In this document: in pieces, positions 56,937 to 64,000 of the stretch | Layout: each line of letters opens with the position of its first letter | Numbering within the stretch: the stretch's first letter is position 1 | Assembly (NCBI GenBank): GCA_964556485.1 | Contig: CAZKVV010000003.1 | Coordinates: forward strand, 56,610 to 120,609 | Direction: 5' to 3' | DNA from: an uncultured Pseudomonadales bacterium | Lineage (GTDB): Bacteria > Patescibacteriota > Microgenomatia > UBA1400 > PJMF01 | Length of the DNA: 64,000 nucleotides | Made by a program: the position numbers and the translations under genes | The notes under the pieces: generated by a model | Database searches by the model: none | The model's input: only the letters and a program-made list of their open reading frames with translations | Told to the model about the DNA's origin: nothing

Positions 56937-58304
56937 ATGGCAAAAAGCAAATCGGTGTTTGTGTGTCAGTCCTGTGGATGGAATACCCCAAAGTGGGTTG
57001 GCCAATGTGGAAGCTGTGGTGAATGGAATACTTTGGTCGAAGAAGTAGTTGAGTCTTCTGCAGCTAAGCACACAACCAACGTCAGTTTGGAAAATACACT
57101 AGTAGCTTTTCCAGAGGTGGAGGCGCTGAGAGGCTCAAAACAGCGATTTTCCACACAAATTGAGGAGATGGATCGCGTATTGGGTGGAGAAAATGCTAAT
57201 AAAGGCGTCGTTCCCGGTGCGGTGATGCTTATTGGTGGTGAACCTGGCATTGGTAAGTCCACATTGCTTACCCAGATGGTGGTTGAGTTGTTATTGCATG
57301 GAAAAAGTGAACAACCACTCATGTACGTGTGTGGGGAAGAGAATCCCTCACAAATTGCCTTGCGTATTGAACGAATTGCCCAAAAAAAACTCAACCCGGC
57401 ACAAGCAGCTCGATTACTCTTTATTACTAGCACCGATGTTTCGGTGATTACTTCGCACATGGCTCAACAAAAACCTCAATTGGTTATCATTGATAGTATT
57501 CAAACCGTAACGACTGCAGAATTGTCCGGTGTTGCTGGAAGTGTGGGTCAGATTCGTGAATGTGCCGACAAAATCACCACGGCTGCCAAATTGAACCACA
57601 TTCCAACTTTTTTGGTTGGACACGTCACAAAAGAGGGTAAGATTTCGGGCCCCAAAGTGCTTGAACACATTGTTGACTCAGTTCTCGAGTTAACAGGTGA
57701 GAGAACGGGAGAATTGAGACTGCTTCGAGCCATAAAAAATCGATTTGGAGCCACTGATGAAGTGGGGGTGTTTCGGGTGCAAAATTATGGGTATGAATCG
57801 ATTTCAAATCCTTCGGCATTATTTTTAAGTGAGCATCAAGGAAGTGTTTCTGGCTCAGCAACGGTGTGTGTGGTGGAGGGAACTCGACCACTTTTAGTTG
57901 AAATGCAGGCCTTAGTAATTGGCTCACAATTGGCCATGCCCAGGCGTGTGGGGCGAGGAGTGCCACTTTCTCGCATCCAAGTGATGGCTGCAGTGCTGCA
58001 AAAGCACAGTAGAATCCCGCTAGGCACTCAAGATATTTTTGTGAGTGTCGCTGGTGGATTTGAGGTAAAGGAGCCGGCAATCGATTTGGGTTTAGCCGTG
58101 GCTTTGGCATCTTCACTTAAAGAAAAGCCACTTCCCGAACGCACTGTCTTTATTGGTGAGGTAGGTTTACTTGGCGAAATCCGCACTGTTAATCTTTTAG
58201 ATAGGCGCATTAAAGAGGCAAAAAGACTGGGTTTTGAACACATTATTTCTAGCAAGACTCATCGAAGAGTGGAGGATGTTTTAAACCAGTTTAGCCTGGA
58301 TTAG
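56937..58304 (+). CDS. radA: DNA repair protein RadA/Sms
   Basis: C4 zinc finger, GEPGIGKSTL, IDSIQT, KNRFG and a Lon-like C-terminus. Confidence 0.97.
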   Translation: MAKSKSVFVCQSCGWNTPKWVGQCGSCGEWNTLVEEVVESSAAKHTTNVSLENTLVAFPEVEALRGSKQRFSTQIEEMDRVLGGENANKGVVPGAVMLIGGEPGIGKSTLLTQMVVELLLHGKSEQPLMYVCGEENPSQIALRIERIAQKKLNPAQAARLLFITSTDVSVITSHMAQQKPQLVIIDSIQTVTTAELSGVAGSVGQIRECADKITTAAKLNHIPTFLVGHVTKEGKISGPKVLEHIVDSVLELTGERTGELRLLRAIKNRFGATDEVGVFRVQNYGYESISNPSALFLSEHQGSVSGSATVCVVEGTRPLLVEMQALVIGSQLAMPRRVGRGVPLSRIQVMAAVLQKHSRIPLGTQDIFVSVAGGFEVKEPAIDLGLAVALASSLKEKPLPERTVFIGEVGLLGEIRTVNLLDRRIKEAKRLGFEHIISSKTHRRVEDVLNQFSLD

Positions 58305-60775
58305 TATCGCTTTTTCCATTTCTGGAAGGATTTTTTCTTAGGATTTTCTGTATTTCCACTGTTTTGCTGCGGAGCTTGCGGGTCAGCTATAGGTTTTGGG
58401 GTAGGGCTAGGTGCATTTTGAGAATTCGCTTGGTTTTGTTGCTGAGAAGGCTGTTGAACTTTTTGTTCAGAATTGTTATCAGAGTTTGATTGGGCAGCAT
58501 TTTCAGTGATTTGTGATTTCTTTGGTTTTGACCAAGCTGGCTCTTTCACTTCATCAGGAATGAGGGTTGAAATTTCCATGATGCCTTTTTTTCTTGCCCA
58601 GCGTTCTCGACTAACTTTGATAACTTTTTCTCGGTTGTTGTTCAAACTCTTGGCTGGCCCAAGGGTATACGCAGGGAAGGGTCTAGAAATAATGTTATCG
58701 ATACTGAGACGGTTAATAATCTGGTGTCTACTTAGTGAAACCAAATCTTCTTTTGTATAGAGTTCGCCATATTCTCTTTCAAAGGCTGCTGCATCTTCGG
58801 CACCCATGACAAAACTTACAATCGAGCCACAGTTACCAAATATGGCCTTTTGCACCTCTTCCGGAATCTGAGCAATATATTGATTCGCAAGTATGAGATT
58901 AAGTCGATACTTACGTGCTTCTGAAAGAATCTTATTAAAAGATTCCGTGGCAAAGTTTTGGAACTCGTCGACATACAGGTAAAAGTCTTTGCGTTCTTCC
59001 TCTGGTATATGCACTCTACTCATGGCGGCAAGTTGAATCTTAGTAATCAACATTGCTCCCAGGAGGGTCGCATTATCTTCACCAAGTCGACCCTGAGACA
59101 GGTTAACGAGTACAATCTTGCCTGTATCCATGGCTTCTTCAATACTAAATGAGCTTTTACGAGCATTCACCACATCACGAACCAGAGGAGAGGACACGAA
59201 TTGACCAACTTTATTCAAGATAGGAGCAATAGCTTCTTGACGTTGTTTGTCCTGCATGCGGTTAAATTCATACAGCCAAAAGTTGCGCAGAATTGGGTCA
59301 TCTAACTCTTCTACCAATGAATCTCTAAATTTCTTATTGGTAAGCATGTCAAGAATGTCAGACAATCTGGCACTTTTACTCTTTAGCAAAGTCAAAAGGG
59401 CATTACGAAGAATGTACTCAAGCCGAGGACCCCATGAGTAGCCATACAGTTTTTGGAACACACTCACAATACCGGAGGCAATTAACTCGCGATGTGCCAC
59501 GTTTTCACCTTCAAACAGGTTTAACTGTACTGTTCTCTCAGGATCGGCAGGGTCAAAATAGATAACATCATTGATTCTTCTTGAGGGAATGTAGTCAAGA
59601 AGGTGCTCTACAAGGTCGCCGTGAGGGTCAATAACGCACATACCTTCATCATTTTTAAGGTCATTGACGGCCATGTTTGCCAGAAGAGTAGACTTACCGG
59701 TACCAGTTTTTCCAATGACATACATGTGGCGTCGACGATCTTCTCGTTTGAGTCCATACACTGTTTCCTGATTCTTAAAAATAGTGCGAGCAATGGGATT
59801 AACCTCCCGTTTAGCCTCTCGAGGCATTTCTTTGGTAACAATGGGCAAGTTCTCTGGCGGTTCTCCAATTAGATTTTTACCCCAAGAAATATTTTGAATG
59901 GACTGAAGCTCGGTAGTAGGGAGGTGGAGGACGGTTGCCAGCTCATCAATTGAAAGATGCATGCTTTGGGTACGCCAAAAAGACCGCTGCTGCATCATTT
60001 TTAGATAGTTTTCCTTGAAAAAATAGGTTTTGCTGAGCGTCAAACTGTTGCCTTCGCTCTCGGTTACGGTACCAAATGCAGAAGCAACGGTCTCGAGAAG
60101 CAATTGGCTGCGTTCATTAGTATGTGCTGATGTAGCAAGTCTAATTCCCACCTTTAGTGATGATGGCTTAAGTTTCTTTTCAATTAACGCCTTCTTAGGA
60201 TGCTTGCCAGTGACCACCTCATTGAGTAAATCTGAGCTGTTCTTGCTTTCAATCAACGAAAGTCCCTTGTTTTTCCAGCTTTCACCATCTTGAGTTAAGA
60301 CAAACTGCACAATCACTCTATCAAGCGGATCAATCTTTGAAAGAGTTGCCAAAAGGGGAGCGATTGGGTCGATATCCTTGAAGTCTTGGTAGGTTTTAAT
60401 CGGCAAATACTCAGCTCGACGCAGAGTAATGTCGCCAAGGCTGATATAGCTACTTTGTTCTTGGGTGTAGGTTGTGGGATTATCGAATTGAACCAGGGAA
60501 TCGTATTGAATTTCTGAAATCAGAACAGCGGGATAACTTGCAGCAATAGTGCTGCGAATATACTCTTTTAGGCGAGTGGGTGTGTAGACTTGAAAGGAAA
60601 TGAGTTGGTTCTCGGCAATGATCTCGATACTGAGAAACTCGTTGGTTCCAAGTAAGTGCCACCACCATTCGTTATGCAGCTCGGGTAATGCCGAAAAAAG
60701 TTGTACAGCAGATTCAGGTGTGTGTTCACTATCACGGCCGGTGCGGAGTTCTAGCAAAACATGGGGAGCAGACAT
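58301..60775 (-). CDS. VirD4/TraG/TrwB-like type IV coupling ATPase
   Basis: DRRRHMYVIGKTGTGKS, IDPHGDL, LYVDEFQNF and SEARKYRL.L.LANQY motifs. TATACT lies 6 nt before ATG 60775. Confidence 0.85.
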   Translation of the reverse strand: MSAPHVLLELRTGRDSEHTPESAVQLFSALPELHNEWWWHLLGTNEFLSIEIIAENQLISFQVYTPTRLKEYIRSTIAASYPAVLISEIQYDSLVQFDNPTTYTQEQSSYISLGDITLRRAEYLPIKTYQDFKDIDPIAPLLATLSKIDPLDRVIVQFVLTQDGESWKNKGLSLIESKNSSDLLNEVVTGKHPKKALIEKKLKPSSLKVGIRLATSAHTNERSQLLLETVASAFGTVTESEGNSLTLSKTYFFKENYLKMMQQRSFWRTQSMHLSIDELATVLHLPTTELQSIQNISWGKNLIGEPPENLPIVTKEMPREAKREVNPIARTIFKNQETVYGLKREDRRRHMYVIGKTGTGKSTLLANMAVNDLKNDEGMCVIDPHGDLVEHLLDYIPSRRINDVIYFDPADPERTVQLNLFEGENVAHRELIASGIVSVFQKLYGYSWGPRLEYILRNALLTLLKSKSARLSDILDMLTNKKFRDSLVEELDDPILRNFWLYEFNRMQDKQRQEAIAPILNKVGQFVSSPLVRDVVNARKSSFSIEEAMDTGKIVLVNLSQGRLGEDNATLLGAMLITKIQLAAMSRVHIPEEERKDFYLYVDEFQNFATESFNKILSEARKYRLNLILANQYIAQIPEEVQKAIFGNCGSIVSFVMGAEDAAAFEREYGELYTKEDLVSLSRHQIINRLSIDNIISRPFPAYTLGPAKSLNNNREKVIKVSRERWARKKGIMEISTLIPDEVKEPAWSKPKKSQITENAAQSNSDNNSEQKVQQPSQQQNQANSQNAPSPTPKPIADPQAPQQNSGNTENPKKKSFQKWKKRY

Positions 60776-60991
60776 GTGTTTAGTATAGCAGAGCGCGTGC
60801 GCAAGCGTTTGTGGAACGATTGAATAATTGAGTACTAATGATCCGAACAAAGTTTTGGGTTTTATGACAATTTGTTTTCAACAGTTTTGAAAATGAAATT
60901 GAAATGTGTAAAACAAATGTATTTAAATCTATAAATTGTCAACCAAAATAGTTATAAGATTACGCAAAATAAAACAATTATTAGTTATAGG

Positions 60992-61020
60992 TTGACTTGT
61001 TGTAATAAAGGAGTTATACT
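60992..61020 (+). promoter_or_regulatory. Sigma-70 promoter far upstream of the glycosyltransferase gene
   Basis: TTGACT-17 bp-TATACT. Confidence 0.62.
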
Positions 61021-61437
61021 CGAGGAACAGAGGATTTTGAAGTAAGAATCAAAGCTCTTTGTTTCTTTTTTATATAAAGAAGAATGTTCCTTTATAGTTT
61101 GAGTCAATAGAGATGCCAAAAACGGCTGCATTTTGCTGAAACTAAGTGAAATGGGGGTGAATGTGGTCTGAAAATAAAAAAAGCATTATTATCGCTGGAC
61201 AGACCACGAGTAACAATGCTTTTTTTCTCAGAAAGTGTTTTAATACTAGGTCAAAACACTTATAGCCTGGATGATAGCAATCGACCAGGTTAATGTAAAT
61301 TGCATCTTTATAGGACAAAATAGATCATCGCAAGGTGTAGAGTGCTGTGTGGAAGTTTGACAGTTGGGCAGGCAGTTGAACTTCCACTCAAAACTATATA
61401 TCTTTTTTGATTCGCTTGAGTGTGGTAGAAGTAATGG

Positions 61438-62577
61438 ATGCATATTCTTGTATTAACTGCCACCTATACACCAAGTTTAAATGGAGTTGCCATTTCTACA
61501 CAAAGAAGTGTGGAAGAATTACGAAATAAAGGTCATCGAGTTACGGTGATATACCCACAACCTAAAAAGCCGATGCAGACGCATCGAGATGATGTGCAGC
61601 TGCCTTCAATATTTCTTCCCTTTCTCTCAGACTACCCAATTAGTATTCCAGGTTTATATGCTATTGATGCTTTATTTGCATCAAATACTTTTGACATCAT
61701 GCACGTTCACCATCCCATTGTGTGGCTACCTTGGGCATTTAGGTTGCGCAACAAGTATCGGGTGCCAGTTGTTTTTACGTATCACACTCGATATCCAGAA
61801 TATGTTGCTAAATTTTTATGGTTTTTTCCTTCAAAGCTGGTCAAAATGTACATGAATAAGTATCTGCTTGCTGTGTTGAATAGTTGTGACGCTGTTATTG
61901 CAACGACGAAATTCTATAGGAAGATGCTCAAAATGCAGAGTAATTCTCGGATCTATTATGTTTCAACTGCAGCCTTGAAGAAAATAATGCAGAGTAGTGT
62001 TGCTACAAAAACACTCAGAAAGAGATTGGGACTGCCAAATGATCGCACTATTTTACTCAATGTATCAAGACATGTTGAAGAAAAAAATCTTACACTATTG
62101 CTACAAGCTATGGCATTACTTCCAGAAAAGTATGTATTAGTGTTAGTTGGGGAAGGGTCGTATACTACCAATTTAAAGCAAGAATGTCAGCGTTTGGATC
62201 TTGAAAGAAAAGTCATATTTGCGGGTTTAAAAGAACAAACAGAGTTAGCAGAGTACTATAGCTGTGCAGACTTATTTGTGTACTCATCTTTAACCGATAC
62301 TATTGGAATCAATCTGATCGAAGCATTCTCTGCAGGTCTGCCAGTTATTGCAGTTAAAGATGAAAATGTTGAAGAAGTCGTTGTACATCAAAACACTGGC
62401 ATTATATCTGGCCATTCACCTCAAGAGTTTGCCAATAGTATTTTGCAGTTTCCAGAGAAAAAAAGAGCTGATTTTGCAAAACAAGCGCGTGCTATGGCTG
62501 ATACTTTTTCAATTGAGCACACTACGAGTAAGTTGCTCTCCATGTATAAAAAGGTGATTACCCATGCCCCAATTTGA
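61438..62577 (+). CDS. Glycosyltransferase family 4 (GT-B)
   Basis: YTPSLNGVA, HVHHP, FTYHTRY, EKNL and DLFVYSS.TDT.G..LIEA...GLPV motifs. Confidence 0.92.
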   Translation: MHILVLTATYTPSLNGVAISTQRSVEELRNKGHRVTVIYPQPKKPMQTHRDDVQLPSIFLPFLSDYPISIPGLYAIDALFASNTFDIMHVHHPIVWLPWAFRLRNKYRVPVVFTYHTRYPEYVAKFLWFFPSKLVKMYMNKYLLAVLNSCDAVIATTKFYRKMLKMQSNSRIYYVSTAALKKIMQSSVATKTLRKRLGLPNDRTILLNVSRHVEEKNLTLLLQAMALLPEKYVLVLVGEGSYTTNLKQECQRLDLERKVIFAGLKEQTELAEYYSCADLFVYSSLTDTIGINLIEAFSAGLPVIAVKDENVEEVVVHQNTGIISGHSPQEFANSILQFPEKKRADFAKQARAMADTFSIEHTTSKLLSMYKKVITHAPI

Positions 62578-63697
62578 TATTGTTATCATTGGCGCTGGAA
62601 TTTCTGGACTGACACTTGCTGAAAGATACGCCTCTCTAGGTAAAAAAGTTCTTGTTATCGAGCGCAGAGATCACATTGGTGGAAATTGTTATGATTTCTA
62701 CAATGCCGACGGCATTTTAGTTTCTAAGTATGGGGCACACTTGTTTCACACCAATCTCGAGGACGTCTGGAAATATGTTAATCGGTTCTCGCAGTGGTAT
62801 GCTTATGAGCATAAAGTTCTCTCAAAAGTTGACGGAAAGTTGGTGCCAGTCCCAGTAAATATCACAACTGTTAATAAGATTTTTGGTTTATCCATCAAAA
62901 CAGAGCAACAGATGAAAGCTTGGTTAGCAGAAAACCAAGTTCCCTTTGCAAAACCTAAGAATGGGGAAGAAGCCGCACTAGCTCGTGTGGGCCGCGTGCT
63001 CTACGAAAAAATGTTTAAGAACTATACCAAAAAACAGTGGGATAAGTATCCACATCAACTTCATGCAGCTGTATTAAATAGGATTCCAGTTCGCACCACA
63101 TTTGATGATCGCTACTTTTCAGACAAATATCAATTCTTACCTACAAAGGGATACATTAAGCTTTTCGAAAAAATGGCAAATCACCCCAATATTACGGTGC
63201 AATTACAAACTGACTACTTCGACATTAAACACACCCTCCAAAGGTATGAAAAACTGTTTTATACTGGACCGATTGATAGATTTTTTGATTTTAAGCACAG
63301 TTTGGGTAGATCTCTCGAGTATCGCTCTATTAATTTTCACTTTGAAACCTTTGATCAGGAAGAATTTCAGCCTGCAGCTGTGATTAATTATCCCTCACCC
63401 GAAGATGGTGAGTTTACGAGAATTGTTGAATATAAACACATGACTCGACAAAAACATCCGCAGACCACCATTTCAAAAGAGTATTCAGTACCTCATGTAG
63501 AAGGTGAAACCGAACCTTACTATCCAGTTGATTCTCCCAAGAACACGGTGTTATATAACAGATATCAAAAAGAGGCTCAAAACCTTACAGATGTTTATTT
63601 TGTGGGTAGACTGGCAAACTACAAATACTTCAACATGGATGAAGCATTTAAGAATGCACTTGACTTATTTAATAAACTCGAGAATATAAGCCTATAA
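62564..63697 (+). CDS. glf: UDP-galactopyranose mutase
   Basis: GAGISG, HIGGNCYD, KYGAHLFHT, FTRIVEYKH, EPYYP and GRLANYKYFNMD motifs. Confidence 0.96.
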   Translation: MPQFDIVIIGAGISGLTLAERYASLGKKVLVIERRDHIGGNCYDFYNADGILVSKYGAHLFHTNLEDVWKYVNRFSQWYAYEHKVLSKVDGKLVPVPVNITTVNKIFGLSIKTEQQMKAWLAENQVPFAKPKNGEEAALARVGRVLYEKMFKNYTKKQWDKYPHQLHAAVLNRIPVRTTFDDRYFSDKYQFLPTKGYIKLFEKMANHPNITVQLQTDYFDIKHTLQRYEKLFYTGPIDRFFDFKHSLGRSLEYRSINFHFETFDQEEFQPAAVINYPSPEDGEFTRIVEYKHMTRQKHPQTTISKEYSVPHVEGETEPYYPVDSPKNTVLYNRYQKEAQNLTDVYFVGRLANYKYFNMDEAFKNALDLFNKLENISL

Positions 63698-63734
63698 CTT
63701 TGACATTCAACAGCAAAAATGATATACTGTAAGC

Positions 63735-64000
63735 ATGTATTTTTCCCCACTTAACCCTGCTTTTTTACGCGGCCGCTTTGCTAAGACACGTAAAGCATTA
63801 GCTGGCGTCATTCCTACTTGGGAAAAGGCGTATGTGTATGCTTCTAGCAAAGCAAAAAAACGCTCAAAAGCACAACTTTTAGCCAGGAGGGCGGTGCACG
63901 CAGTGCTAAGTACGGTGATTGCCGCCAGCATTCTTGTGTGCGCAGTTATTTTTATTCCAAGTATTTACTATATGTTCTTTCCTGCTGACGTACTCGAAAT
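63735..64000 (+). CDS. Membrane-anchored protein (5' part; runs off the window edge)
   Basis: TTGACA-17-TATACT, then ATG 6 nt later; open frame MYFSPLNPAF...VLSTVIAASILVCAVIFIPSIYYMFF with a TM segment. Confidence 0.6.
   Translation, partial: MYFSPLNPAFLRGRFAKTRKALAGVIPTWEKAYVYASSKAKKRSKAQLLARRAVHAVLSTVIAASILVCAVIFIPSIYYMFFPADVLE

Noticed and set aside
61246-61443. 65-aa ORF on the minus strand
   Set aside because: No recognisable motif or start signal, and it overlaps the GT4 start; likely spurious.
1-64000. Alternative genetic code (UGA read as Gly or Trp)
   Set aside because: TGA ends several intact genes (thiolase, HMGCS, idi, prgI) at the expected positions, and conserved proteins are uninterrupted under code 11.

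Overview
This 64-kb window is chromosomal DNA around the replication origin of a small-genome bacterium. Gene content and style point to Patescibacteria/CPR, most likely Microgenomates, using genetic code 11; the assignment is an inference. From left to right: (1) a complete mevalonate operon with an archaeal-type thiolase/HMG-CoA synthase/DUF35 module, headed by an ECF sigma factor and two small membrane proteins. (2) A ~25-kb relaxase-free type IV secretion (T4SS)-like region: nine tandem VirB2/TrbC-like pilins, a large secreted protein with a lysozyme-like tail, VirB6-like, PrgI/VirB3-like and VirB4-like genes, and several giant orphans. One orphan lies behind a cobalamin-riboswitch-like RNA. 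(3) dnaA-oriC-dnaN-rpmH-rnpA-yidD-yidC-jag-rnhA, followed by DUF4012, rplY and valS. (4) An accessory stretch with a type-I-toxin-like small ORF, a candidate stand-alone sRNA, VanW, a solute-binding protein and a PspA-like four-gene operon. (5) radA, a VirD4-like coupling ATPase, a GT4 glycosyltransferase and glf. Many genes appear leaderless, with a -10 box 5-8 nt before the start codon. All calls come from reading motifs by eye; no database searches were run.
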